Shown: in pieces, positions 43,350 through 52,612 of the stretch
Layout: each line of letters opens with the position of its first letter
Numbering within the stretch: position 1 is the stretch's first letter
Source: Candidatus Limnocylindria bacterium
GTDB lineage: Bacteria; Patescibacteriota; Saccharimonadia; Saccharimonadales; JAGQNK01
Length of the DNA: 64,000 nucleotides
NCBI GenBank assembly: GCA_035489815.1
Contig: DATHJH010000032.1
Location: 32,301-96,300, forward strand
Reading direction: 5' to 3'
Position numbers and translations under genes: made by a program
The notes under the pieces: generated by a model
The model's input: the letters and a program-made list of their open reading frames with translations, nothing else
The model's database searches: none
What the model was told of the DNA's origin: nothing

Positions 43350-44320
43350 TATCTCCTCCTCTTTTTAGCTGACTTTGAGGAAGATTTCTTATTTTTGGTT
43401 TTCGGTTTACCCTGAGTTTGTTGAACTGGGCGGACGGGTTTTTTAGAGACAACTTCGCCCTCTATGATTTTTTTCTTATTGGATTTGTCAGGCTGGTCAG
43501 CAATAGCTTCCAGCTCCTCTTCATCTTGCCTCAGTATGATGTACTGCTGCAGGTAGGCCACCAGACCGCTTACAAACCAATACAGTCCCAAGGCCGAGGG
43601 CAGGTTAATGGTAAAAACAAATATCATGACCGGTATAAAAAATCGGGTGCTGCGGCCGACAGCAGCATTAACCTCTCCCTGATCGGACTTTTTGCCCGAA
43701 CCGGCATCCTTCAGGATTTGGCGTAGCGTTCGGGCGTCTTTTTCAGTCGGCATCAACTGAACGGCCTGGAAATACTGGGTAACCGCGCTGCCGGCAACCA
43801 GGAACATAGCCGGCCAGTAAATACCGCCGCCTGATGGAATAGCGGCTTTAGTAAGGTCAATAAACCCAAGGAATGTCGCGTCAAACTGGCCGATGTTTTC
43901 GGCCAGGGACTTCAGCCAACCCAGGTTCTGCAGGTACGGGTAGGAAAACTCAATCACTGCATGCGGATTCTTAACTACCTTTTGCAGGCCAGAGTAAAGG
44001 CCCAGCAGAATGACGAGCTGAATGGCCAGCACGCCCAGGGAACCAAAGGGGCTGACCTCGCGCTCCTTATAGAGCTCCATAACCATCATGGATTCTTTCT
44101 GGCGGTCGCCTTTGGCTTCTTTTTTAATGCGCTTCAACTCTGGCTGAAGCCTCCGCATAGCTTTGGCATGATGCAGCTGCTTCTTAATAAGCGGCCACAT
44201 CAGCAGACGGATGACGATAGTAAATATTACAAGCGCCAGGCCAAAATTGTGACCGGGCAGCAGGGCATAAATCAGAACAAGCAGATTAAAGATTGGCTGG
44301 ACTATGAATGACTGGAACAT
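43349..44320 (-). CDS. yidC: membrane protein insertase YidC (short monoderm type, Lys-rich C-tail)
   Basis: 323 aa. GLALVIFTIVIRLLMWPL, QPELKRIKKE, MELYKEREVSPFGS. Confidence 0.9.
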   Translation of the reverse strand: MFQSFIVQPIFNLLVLIYALLPGHNFGLALVIFTIVIRLLMWPLIKKQLHHAKAMRRLQPELKRIKKEAKGDRQKESMMVMELYKEREVSPFGSLGVLAIQLVILLGLYSGLQKVVKNPHAVIEFSYPYLQNLGWLKSLAENIGQFDATFLGFIDLTKAAIPSGGGIYWPAMFLVAGSAVTQYFQAVQLMPTEKDARTLRQILKDAGSGKKSDQGEVNAAVGRSTRFFIPVMIFVFTINLPSALGLYWFVSGLVAYLQQYIILRQDEEELEAIADQPDKSNKKKIIEGEVVSKKPVRPVQQTQGKPKTKNKKSSSKSAKKRRR

Positions 44321-44422
44321 GTTTTCTCCCTCAGGTTATACCCATAATACCAAACTAACGCCTGTACGGCAGGGTGTTAAACAAAAAGCGAACACTTATA
44401 TATCCCGAAAGTATCCCCAAAA

Positions 44423-44767
44423 CTATAAAATGCGGGCCTGGCGAAGCTGGTCCAGCACGGTCTTTTCAAGCTCTGCAGCCGGAATAGCAGCCATCTGTTC
44501 GCTATAAACTGTCAATACCATGTCATAAGGCCTCGACATGTCTGCCTCGTGCCGGCGAACCGCCTCATATAAACGGCGGCGGATACGGTTACGCACAACG
44601 GCCGATTTGTTGACCTTTTTACTGACTACCACTGCCAGCCGGTAGGAGGTGCGACGGTCGTTAGGAGCAACCTTCAAACTGGACAGAGGACCGCGAACGG
44701 TCCGGCCGTGCTGATAAACGTAACGCAGGCTGCCGTATCCGTGGAAGCGATGTTTTCGCGCAATCAT
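44423..44767 (-). CDS. rnpA: ribonuclease P protein component
   Basis: 114 aa. RLAVVVSKKVNKSAVVRNRIRRRL. Synteny with rpmH. Confidence 0.9.
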   Translation of the reverse strand: MIARKHRFHGYGSLRYVYQHGRTVRGPLSSLKVAPNDRRTSYRLAVVVSKKVNKSAVVRNRIRRRLYEAVRRHEADMSRPYDMVLTVYSEQMAAIPAAELEKTVLDQLRQARIL

Positions 44768-44876
44768 GCTATGGAAACCGTCTACTGCCCTTCCCGGTTT
44801 TTTTAATATTTGACATGAGCCAAAAAAAGTTTTACAAATGTTTAAAAGTGCTTTGTATTCTGAAGTATAAAACTGT

Positions 44877-45014
44877 TCAGGCAGATATCTTCTTGCGGCC
44901 CTTGATGCGGCGGCGCTGTAAAACCGCCCGCCCTGCCTTGCTGGCCATGCGCTTCATAAAGCCATGCTGTCGGGCACGCTTGCGGGTCTTCGGCTGATAA
45001 GTTCTTTTTGGCAT
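44877..45014 (-). CDS. rpmH: 50S ribosomal protein L34
   Basis: Translated manually (under 60 aa, so absent from the ORF track): [49 protein letters not shown] lies upstream. Confidence 0.9.
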   Translation of the reverse strand: MPKRTYQPKTRKRARQHGFMKRMASKAGRAVLQRRRIKGRKKISA

Positions 45015-45254
45015 TTTCTTCTCCTTAATGCTCTATTGTAATCAAGCTTTCAACTGTTGCCTAGGTCTCACACCTGGACGCCGGGGTGTATTCTTGCCGG
45101 GAAACGGACCGGACCGTATTTAATGAGGTACGGTAAGGAGTATCCCGGATAAAAATCGCGCCGGGCGGCGGTGAGGACAGCGTGCGGGGGCCCAGGGTGT
45201 TTTTAACAATGGTTATTCGCTTATATTAGCAACTTTTCCCCATTTTTTCAACTA

Positions 45255-45360
45255 TTTTCCACAGATATTACAGAGGTGGTCTTTAGATGTGTACAAGTCT
45301 GCCCCTGTTCCTGAAAAATTATAGGGGTTCCTTCTTATTCCAAACACAGGTTGTGGAAAA
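45255..45360. promoter_or_regulatory. pair of inverted DnaA-box-like 9-mers upstream of dnaA
   Basis: TTTTCCACA at 45255-45263 and its reverse complement TGTGGAAAA at 45352-45360. Each has one mismatch to TTATCCACA. Confidence 0.6.
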
Positions 45361-45415
45361 GTGATATATTTGTTGGTAGACTCTTAGAACAGATTCTGGA
45401 AGGAGTACGGAGGGT

Positions 45416-46798
45416 ATGCAAGACAGCCTGTGGCAAGCAGTACTGGGGGAGATAGAGCTGACGGTTTCCCGGGGTCATTACGTCACGTGGTTTAAAAATA
45501 CCCGGCTGCTCCGCCATCAGAACGACACGCTCGTCATAGGCGTTCAGAATGTCTTTGTAAAACAACAACTGGAACGCAAGTTCAATCAGCTCATAACCGA
45601 TACTTTAGAAAAAAACGGTGTAAAGCCGGAACACATCGAATACAAGATAGACTCTGGTATGGCTCAATCCCGAAAGGCAGATGATGAACTTTCCGGGACC
45701 ACCGTGCTCAGGAATCCTGAAAAAAGGTCTGTCGTCCAGGCAGCCGGCAAGTCCAGCCGTACCACGCTCACCCACACTTACCGCCAGGGACTGAATACGA
45801 AATATACCTTCGACAGTTTCATAGTTGGCTCCGGCAACGAACTGGCTTATGCTGCCTGCCAGGCTATCGCTCAAAATCCGGGCAGCAAGTATAATCCCCT
45901 CTTTGTCTACGGCGGCGTTGGTATTGGCAAAACACACCTCATTCAGGCCGCGGGCAACGCCGTTATCGCCAGGAATCCTGCTGCTCATGTCGTCTATGTT
46001 TCCACGGAACAGTTTGTGCAGGAGTTTCTGGATGCTATCCGGTACAAGAAAAATACCGATTTTGCCGGCTTTTACCGGAGCGCCGATGTGCTGATTATCG
46101 ACGATATGCAGTTTATCGCCGGTAAGGAAAAGACGCAGGAAGAATTCTTTCACACCTTTAATGCCCTTCACCAGGCCAACAAACAGATCATTATCAGCAG
46201 TGACAAGCCGCCGAAAGACATCCCCACCCTGGAGGAACGGCTGCGCAGCCGGTTTGCCTGGGGCATGAGTATAGATATGCAGATCCCGGACTTTGAGACG
46301 CGCTGTGCTATTGTCCAGACCAAGGCCCACGAGCACGCCACTACCCTGCCCCCGCCAGTGGTAGAGTTCCTGGCTAACCTCATCCAGACCAATATCCGTG
46401 AACTGGAAGGCGCCCTGAACCAACTGCTGGCTTTTTGTGAAATGAGGGGGCTGGAACCCGAACTTACCTTAGCCACCAGCCTGTTGGGCACCAGCAAAAC
46501 CCGGCCCAAGCATTTAAGTGCCAAGCAGATTATTGAACGAACCGCCAAGCACTTCCAGATCCCCCTGGAGGAAATGCTGGGCCCAAAAAGAGACAAAGAC
46601 ATCGTCGTACCCCGCCAGGTGGCTATGTATATGCTGCGGAGCGAACTACACCTGAGCTTCCCAAAAATCGCCCGGGAACTGGGCCGCAAGGACCACACTA
46701 CCGCCATTCATTCCGTCGAAAAAATCACCAGGGAATCCGGCCTGGACCCGGTTATAAAAGCCGCCATCACCGAAATCAAGGAGCGTCTCTATGCTTAG
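45416..46798 (+). CDS. dnaA: chromosomal replication initiator protein DnaA
   Basis: 460 aa. Walker A GGVGIGKTHL, DDMQFIAGKE, C-terminal DNA-binding KDHTTAIHS. Confidence 0.95.
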   Translation: MQDSLWQAVLGEIELTVSRGHYVTWFKNTRLLRHQNDTLVIGVQNVFVKQQLERKFNQLITDTLEKNGVKPEHIEYKIDSGMAQSRKADDELSGTTVLRNPEKRSVVQAAGKSSRTTLTHTYRQGLNTKYTFDSFIVGSGNELAYAACQAIAQNPGSKYNPLFVYGGVGIGKTHLIQAAGNAVIARNPAAHVVYVSTEQFVQEFLDAIRYKKNTDFAGFYRSADVLIIDDMQFIAGKEKTQEEFFHTFNALHQANKQIIISSDKPPKDIPTLEERLRSRFAWGMSIDMQIPDFETRCAIVQTKAHEHATTLPPPVVEFLANLIQTNIRELEGALNQLLAFCEMRGLEPELTLATSLLGTSKTRPKHLSAKQIIERTAKHFQIPLEEMLGPKRDKDIVVPRQVAMYMLRSELHLSFPKIARELGRKDHTTAIHSVEKITRESGLDPVIKAAITEIKERLYA

Positions 46799-47135
46799 AA
46801 TTAGCACTGACCCACAAACCCTGCCCGGAGGAATTTCCGGCTGTCAGTCAGGTACCATGAGTGCTAAAAATCTGTGGGAAATTTGTGCACAAGCTGTGCA
46901 GAGGCTGTGGGTTGGACTGGGACAAAACCGGCACCTTACACACAGGCGGCTGGCGGCTGGCGGGACACTGTGGGAAAAACCGGGATTTTTGCACGGGTTG
47001 TACCACTTTTGTACTCAGGATTTGCCCACATATTTTTATACCTTTACGCCTCTGTTGTTAGGACAATTGTCCACCCCGTCCACAGGCCCTACTAAAACTA
47101 CTACTATATATAATAAGTAATTAAGGAGTATAGGA
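46799..47135. other. candidate oriC (dnaA-dnaN spacer with DnaA-box cluster and AT-rich unwinding segment)
   Basis: TGTGGGAAA occurs at 46873-46881 and 46969-46977. Weaker boxes lie at about 46906, 47022-47030 (TTGCCCACA), 47067-47075 and 47078-47084. An AT-rich run sits at about 47096-47125. Confidence 0.65.
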
Positions 47136-48227
47136 ATGAAACTGCAAGTCACCCAGGAAAACCTCACCCGAGCCCTAAACAATGTCAGCCGGGTAGCTAA
47201 TACACGCGGCACCCTGCCCATTCTGGCGAACGTCCTGCTCAAGACCGTGGGTAATCGCCTCAGTATCGCTGCCACCAACCTGGATATTGCCATCACTCAT
47301 TACATTGGCTCCAAAGTCGGTGAAGAAGGCTCTATAACCGTCCCTGCCCGGTTGATGCAGGATTTTGTAAGCAGCCTGCCGAGCGGTGTCATAGACCTCA
47401 AGCTGGATGATTACAAGCTCAACATCAGTACTGACAAATACCAGTCGGTTATTAACGGCATTTCGGCCGAGGACTATCCGGTTATGCCAGCTATAGCTGA
47501 CGGCAAAAGCTGGAAAATAGCCGGCAAAACTCTCAAGGCCGGTCTACAGCAGGTGGTTATGGCGGCGTCAAACGATGAAGCCCGACCAGTTCTGACCGGG
47601 GTGTACCTTCACAGTCACGAAGGAGACCTGTATATGGTGGCCACAGACAGTTACCGCCTGGCCGAGAAGAAGCTTATGAAGTCCACTGACGAGGTGCAGC
47701 TTCTCATACCGGCTACCGCCCTCCAGGATTTGCTGCGTATTCTGGGCGAGTATGAGGGTGATGTGAATGTGACGCATGATGACCAGCAGGTGCTGTTCAA
47801 GGTGGGCGACATCGAGTTAGTTACCCGACTTATCGAGGGCAGTTACCCTGATTACCGCAAACTCATTCCGTCCAATTTTGCCTCCAGCGCCAAGCTGAAG
47901 CGGGCTGACCTCACAAACATTACCAAGGTGTCCAGCCTGTTCGCCCGTGAAAGTGCCGGCAGTGTGACTATCCACCTGGACGGTGAAAAATCCCAGGTGA
48001 GCATCCGCTCAGTCGCCTCGCAGTTAGGAGAGAACACATCTGCGGCGACAGCCGAGGTCACAGGCGACGGCATAATAACCCTTAATTCACGGTATATTCT
48101 GGATGCCCTGCATGCTCTCAGCGGCGAGGATGTCACCTTCTCTTTTAACGACAAACTGGAACCAACCGTCCTGGCCGACCCAAAGGCTGGCGACTATCTG
48201 CATGTCATTATGCCGCTCAAGTCGTAA
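47136..48227 (+). CDS. dnaN: DNA polymerase III beta sliding clamp
   Basis: 363 aa with a typical N-terminus (MKLQVTQENLTRAL...LPILANVLL) and three-domain length. Confidence 0.95.
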   Translation: MKLQVTQENLTRALNNVSRVANTRGTLPILANVLLKTVGNRLSIAATNLDIAITHYIGSKVGEEGSITVPARLMQDFVSSLPSGVIDLKLDDYKLNISTDKYQSVINGISAEDYPVMPAIADGKSWKIAGKTLKAGLQQVVMAASNDEARPVLTGVYLHSHEGDLYMVATDSYRLAEKKLMKSTDEVQLLIPATALQDLLRILGEYEGDVNVTHDDQQVLFKVGDIELVTRLIEGSYPDYRKLIPSNFASSAKLKRADLTNITKVSSLFARESAGSVTIHLDGEKSQVSIRSVASQLGENTSAATAEVTGDGIITLNSRYILDALHALSGEDVTFSFNDKLEPTVLADPKAGDYLHVIMPLKS

Positions 48228-48645
48228 ACGGATTTTTGACAGTTAGACCACCATACTTACGTCCATCTTGTAAATCCTCGCTATAGAGAATGGCGCAGTT
48301 GAGATCTATAGCAGCTTGTACAATAAGTGCATCGTAAAAACTGAGAGAGTGCCCAGCGTGAAGGGCGACAGCACTGTTATAAAAGTAAATATCCGGAGTG
48401 TGTTTTAAGAGCCTCCTCATAAAAGTATTGAGTATACTTTCAAGATCAAGATCCAGGGTGGTTTTTTTAAATTTCCCGGTAGCAATATTGCAAAACTCTT
48501 GAACCACCTGTGAACTGATGCAGCCCCGGCCGGACCGCAGTGCATCCCGGATAAGCGTGTTGGCCGTGCTTTGCTTAACCTTATCCCGAGGGTCTAGCGC
48601 ATAAATGAGAATGTTTGTATCTAGAAAATAGCTCTGTTTTGGCAA
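48217..48645 (-). CDS. PIN-domain toxin (VapC-like)
   Basis: 142 aa. YFLDTNILIYAL (Asp1), SFYDALIVQAA, ILYSEDLQ acidic residues. Confidence 0.8.
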   Translation of the reverse strand: MPKQSYFLDTNILIYALDPRDKVKQSTANTLIRDALRSGRGCISSQVVQEFCNIATGKFKKTTLDLDLESILNTFMRRLLKHTPDIYFYNSAVALHAGHSLSFYDALIVQAAIDLNCAILYSEDLQDGRKYGGLTVKNPFTT

Positions 48646-48647
48646 GT

Positions 48648-48866
48648 CTATCTCTCGTTCATTTCTTCTCTGGTAAATTTACGTCCTGGCTGGACGTAGC
48701 TTAGTCGCTTCATAAGTTCATTGTATTCCCTGACGGCTCGTTCTCGATCTGTGTATTGTTTGAGCCACTCACGAAAAAGGTTGTTAAGCGTAGTATTCTG
48801 GGAACGCGCTCGTTCTCTGGCAGCTTCAATAAGCTTTTCATCGGCAGAAAGAGTAATGTTTTTCAT
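48648..48866 (-). CDS. ribbon-helix-helix antitoxin (VapB/CopG-like)
   Basis: 72 aa. MKNITLSADEKLIEAARERA beta-strand-helix pattern. It lies 2 nt upstream of the PIN gene. Confidence 0.7.
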   Translation of the reverse strand: MKNITLSADEKLIEAARERARSQNTTLNNLFREWLKQYTDRERAVREYNELMKRLSYVQPGRKFTREEMNER

Positions 48867-48935
48867 ACGACAATAGTGTACACAGCTATAGTGCTACCGT
48901 CAATAAAGCTTCTCTCTATCGTATACTGGTAACAC

Positions 48936-49997
48936 ATGTTGGACTCAGTGAGATTACAGAGGTTTCGGTCGTACCGGGACGAGTCTTTTGAATTTGACCC
49001 CGGGGTGAATATTATCGTCGGGCCGAATGCCAGCGGCAAGACAAATCTGCTGGAGGCGCTCCTTGTCAGCTACACGGGCGGTTCCTTTCGGGCTAAGGAT
49101 GGAGAGCTGGTGGCTTTTGGAGCGCCCTGGGCGCGGCTGGATGTCCTGGGGCCTGGTGGCGGTCGTACAGTAAAACTGCTCGTGCAGGAAAACGGGTTGG
49201 TAAAGAAAGAGTTTGTCATTGGGGATCAAAAGCTTGTGCGCTTGAGTTTGCAGAAGTCGCTGCCGGTAGTGTTGTTTGAGCCGAATCACCTGCTTCTGCT
49301 GCACGGCTCACCCGATCTCAGGCGTGAGTATATGGACGCTCTGCTGGAGCAGACCGTGGCGGGGTATGGGAAGATCCGGCGGGATTATCGCCGGGCTTTG
49401 GCTCAGCGTAATGCGCTCTTAAAACGTGGTGCATCCGCCCGGGGTCAGCTATTTGCCTGGGACATCCGGCTGAGCGAGATTGGTGCGCGTATTGCAAGCG
49501 AGCGTAATGCTCTTGTGCGGCGAATGAACGGACAGTTAGGGTTGCTCTACCACTCCATGGCCCGTTCTCGTGCCAATACAGTGACTGTTACATATGCAGC
49601 CAGCTGTGACATCACCCAGTACAGCTCAAGCCTGCTACACGCCCTGGAAAAGCGCCAGGACGTGGATATTGAACGTGGATACACTACAATCGGACCGCAT
49701 CGTGAGGATTTGGTCGTGGCTTTTGACGGGCGGGAGGCGTCGCAGGTTGCTTCCCGCGGAGAGACGCGTACCATATTGTTGGCCCTCAAGGTCATGGAGC
49801 TACAGTTCATAGAGGAGGCCCGCGGCACTCAACCGATCCTCCTCCTGGATGACGTCTTCAGCGAACTGGACGGTGCCCGCCGCCGGGCCCTGACAGAAGT
49901 CATCAGCGGCTACCAAACCTTTATAACCACCACCGACGCGGACGTCGTGGTCCAGCATTTTATGAATAAGTGCCGGATCATTCCTCTCGGCGGCTAG
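48936..49997 (+). CDS. recF: DNA replication and repair protein RecF
   Basis: 353 aa. Walker A GPNASGKTNLLEAL, signature/Walker B LLLDDVFSELD. Confidence 0.95.
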   Translation: MLDSVRLQRFRSYRDESFEFDPGVNIIVGPNASGKTNLLEALLVSYTGGSFRAKDGELVAFGAPWARLDVLGPGGGRTVKLLVQENGLVKKEFVIGDQKLVRLSLQKSLPVVLFEPNHLLLLHGSPDLRREYMDALLEQTVAGYGKIRRDYRRALAQRNALLKRGASARGQLFAWDIRLSEIGARIASERNALVRRMNGQLGLLYHSMARSRANTVTVTYAASCDITQYSSSLLHALEKRQDVDIERGYTTIGPHREDLVVAFDGREASQVASRGETRTILLALKVMELQFIEEARGTQPILLLDDVFSELDGARRRALTEVISGYQTFITTTDADVVVQHFMNKCRIIPLGG

Positions 49998-50011
49998 CCG
50001 TGCAGGAGTTT

Positions 50012-50117
50012 GCCACACATGCTACCTGCTGAATCTCTAGGCCGCTTTATAGGTGGCCTTACGGCCAGCCTATGGCGCTAGCTTTAGCCTGACGATTCAG
50101 CAGGTAGCATGTGTGGC
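50012..50117 (-). repeat. family-1 nested hairpin element, copy M (subtype 1b, core on minus strand)
   Basis: Perfect 24-nt arms at 50012-50035 and 50094-50117. The minus-strand core is GTCAGGCTAAAGCTAGCGCCATAGGCTGGCCGTAAGGCCACCTATAAAGCGGCCTAGA. Confidence 0.9.
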
Positions 50118-50193
50118 CCGGGTATGAGGACATTCCTGGTGCAGTTTGTAATTGGTGGCGGACAGAGTTTTGAAAGGAGGGTTTCCCGCGTAG

Positions 50194-51774
50194 TTATTCG
50201 AGGGTATTTTTTATCTGGTATTTCTTACGGTCAATACCGATCTCGTTCAGCTTTTTGTTAATCTGGGCATTTGCTTGCCGTAATCTGTCGGGTTCGTAGC
50301 CAAAAGCATCCAGTTTTGGCTGATACTCCAGCCTGCCGGCGTTGGGTGATATGGATATGAGAGTGCCGTAGGTAGAGACAGCAGAAACCTCCGGTACTTT
50401 CATAAGCTGGGCAACCTTTTGGTCGATCTTGTCGCTGATCTGCTGCTGTTCTATGTACAAGACCGAACGGGCTCCTGCATCGCTGGTAACACACAGCAAG
50501 TACGTGTCGTCTACCGGCTGTACGCCGCAGTAGTTGTAATCTCCAAAACCGTACTGGATTACGCCGGACTGTGTATCAACGTCAAAGTTTAAGACCTCAG
50601 TGTCCCTTACTATCACTAACCCGCCGCGGAAAATTGCCAGGTCGCGTACATTACTGACGGTGTAGAGCTGTTGAACTGTTTCACCGCTGACGTCATAGAC
50701 CTCCAGGGCGTTTTCGTGCAAACCGCACAGTTTTTTGTCGCCGCAGAGGCGAATGGAGTCAAACCTTTTCTTTTGAAAGCTGTATCTTCTGGTTTGGTCG
50801 CCGTCCTGCAGGACTATTTCACTGTCTATATCAGAACCTTCGCCTTCTGCAGTATAGGCAATCGCAAAAGCGGAGCCGCGGGCGGTAAGCGCATAGGGTT
50901 TTAGCTTGGTGTTGCCCGGCCCGGCTATGGCTACCTCGACGGGCTTGGCCCCCAGTGCGGCGTAATAATGGGCGCTGGTAAGAGTGGAGGGATAAGCCAG
51001 GAAGCCATCCCGGTAAGCCTGCAAGCTGTAGCGCTCTTCGCCCAGGTCCGGCAGGTTGGTTCTGTTGGCCAGATTCGGCTTCAGTGCGCTTTGGAAATTG
51101 AAGGCCACGTGCGGTGTGTGCCCCGGTTCGGTGTCCCGGGCAAATTCATCGTGGCCGGCTACCACTACCTCATAGGTGAGTGCTATGGTCCCCTCTTTGG
51201 TCTGGATAATACCTTCCAGCAGGTCCTGTGTTGGAAAAGACCCGGTTCGCGGGTAGGTGGGCAAACTGGCGGTTGCCGGCACATGGACCTGAAGGGTGTC
51301 AAAGCCGCTGCCGCAGTCGTAGGAAACAAGGTGGGTTTTTAGAAAGTAGATGCACTCTTTGGGTTGGTTGCCTACAAACCGCCGGCCTTTTTCCGCCCCG
51401 GGCCTGGCCTGAACGGTCGTTGTTTCACCTTTGGCCTCCACTACGGAAAAGTACTGTGTTTCATCCTGGCGTACGGTTAGTTCATAGGTGCCGTTAGGCA
51501 GACTGGCCTCAATATGCCTGGAGGGGTCTTTGATTTCGGTAATGTCGTCCGGTTTGGCCTGATTGACGAACCGGTAGGTTACCTCGTTATTACTGGCGCT
51601 TTCGACATTGACTATCACCTTTGTTTTGCCGGCCACCAGTGTGAATATCAGGGCCATGCCTATGAAGACACCGGCAATTACAGCCAACAGGATCAGCTTG
51701 CGGCGTTGGTTACTGCCCGGCTGCTGCCCTGGCTGCACATACGATTCGTAAGGATTTATTTGTTCTGGTGGCAT
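50194..51774 (-). CDS. hypothetical single-pass membrane protein with large beta-rich ectodomain (last gene of the T4SS-like cluster)
   Basis: 526 aa. N-terminal P/Q-rich segment, TM (LILLAVIAGVFIGMALIFTLV). No named motif. Confidence 0.6.
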   Translation of the reverse strand: MPPEQINPYESYVQPGQQPGSNQRRKLILLAVIAGVFIGMALIFTLVAGKTKVIVNVESASNNEVTYRFVNQAKPDDITEIKDPSRHIEASLPNGTYELTVRQDETQYFSVVEAKGETTTVQARPGAEKGRRFVGNQPKECIYFLKTHLVSYDCGSGFDTLQVHVPATASLPTYPRTGSFPTQDLLEGIIQTKEGTIALTYEVVVAGHDEFARDTEPGHTPHVAFNFQSALKPNLANRTNLPDLGEERYSLQAYRDGFLAYPSTLTSAHYYAALGAKPVEVAIAGPGNTKLKPYALTARGSAFAIAYTAEGEGSDIDSEIVLQDGDQTRRYSFQKKRFDSIRLCGDKKLCGLHENALEVYDVSGETVQQLYTVSNVRDLAIFRGGLVIVRDTEVLNFDVDTQSGVIQYGFGDYNYCGVQPVDDTYLLCVTSDAGARSVLYIEQQQISDKIDQKVAQLMKVPEVSAVSTYGTLISISPNAGRLEYQPKLDAFGYEPDRLRQANAQINKKLNEIGIDRKKYQIKNTLE

Positions 51775-51807
51775 AGCCTATTCCTCACCTTTTTTAAGCA
51801 TCACTTC

Positions 51808-52611
51808 TCATCCCTCTGCCGGGCAGCCCTGGCCGCTGGTAAACTGCGTGAAATAGTTGGCGGCCTGGGTTTGGCGGCGTGGAACGGCCTGGCTCATCCG
51901 GCCGGGTATTTCGTAGTGCCGGGTAATGATTTCGCTGGCTGCCCGGGGGTCGGCGTCTGCTCCTAGTGCTGTAAGCGGGTCAAGCGTACTGTTTCTGTAA
52001 GGGCCGTTTAGTTCACGCCAGATTGCCTCCAGCTGGACGCTCCTGGTGCCTGGTGCCTGGCCGAGTTCGTCGGCGACTATCTGCAGCTGATCCTTCCTGC
52101 CCGGCGAGGTGAACTGTATAAGTCCATAGCCGCCCCCCAACTGGTCGCCGCCGCTTCGCCGCTCGCGGCTAATGTAGATACGACCGGCAGAGTCTTTATA
52201 CTGCACGGGCGGTATCTGGTCGTCCAGGCTGGTGGGCTGCCCGGCCCGGGATATTTCACCCCTTGAGTTTTGCCAGCTGTACTCAACCAGCCGGGGTTCA
52301 AAATGCGCTTCTTCTACCATGTTACCCAGGAAGCCAGCTGCCACCCCCGGCGCTAAGCTTCTGGTCTGGGTAAAGTAGTTCCATATCTCCTCGGCGGCGT
52401 TGCAGCCTTGCAGGGGTGCTCCGGCAGCCGGGTCGGTCTGTCTTTGGGCGTCTATGACCTCGTGATCAAAATGGCCGATTTCTTTGTCGAATATGGCTTT
52501 TTGTTCTCTGGACAGGGCTGCTACGGAAACAGCCGGAATAAACAGCTGGGCAACCAGGCCGGCCAACCCCAACCCTATCAAAAGTTTTGCTGCTACCTTG
52601 TGTCGTCTCAT
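51808..52611 (-). CDS. secreted peptidoglycan hydrolase candidate (phage-tail-lysozyme-like domain)
   Basis: The start at 52611 (MRRHKVAAKL) is preceded by an AGGAGG RBS. Signal anchor present. FLGNMVEEAHFEP and GGGYGLIQFTSPGRKDQL resemble the GN..ES...P / GiGl.QWT..R pattern. Confidence 0.6.
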   Translation of the reverse strand: MRRHKVAAKLLIGLGLAGLVAQLFIPAVSVAALSREQKAIFDKEIGHFDHEVIDAQRQTDPAAGAPLQGCNAAEEIWNYFTQTRSLAPGVAAGFLGNMVEEAHFEPRLVEYSWQNSRGEISRAGQPTSLDDQIPPVQYKDSAGRIYISRERRSGGDQLGGGYGLIQFTSPGRKDQLQIVADELGQAPGTRSVQLEAIWRELNGPYRNSTLDPLTALGADADPRAASEIITRHYEIPGRMSQAVPRRQTQAANYFTQFTSGQGCPAEG

Positions 52612-52612
52612 A

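Noticed and set aside
45015-45415. Possible tRNA or small structured RNA in the rpmH-dnaA spacer (the CCGGGA...TCCCGG and ACCGTA...TACGGT pairings around 45096-45150).
   Set aside because: The stems are short (5-6 bp). There is no cloverleaf and no recurrence elsewhere in the window. This is insufficient to call an RNA gene.
46791-47120. Three overlapping 66-109-aa ORFs in the dnaA-dnaN spacer.
   Set aside because: The region is packed with DnaA-box-like repeats and an AT-rich segment. The ORFs have no RBS and implausible composition. The region is better explained as oriC.
3478-50117. Whether the repeated hairpins are a CRISPR array, integron attC sites, REP/BIME elements or plain intrinsic terminators.
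   Set aside because: CRISPR: the copies are kilobases apart, not regularly spaced, and no cas genes are present. attC: the conserved part here is central and the ends are variable, which is the opposite of attC, and no integrase is present. REP/MITE: there are no conserved termini and no target duplications for family 1. Terminators: no U-tracts are present, and two copies lie in divergent promoter regions.
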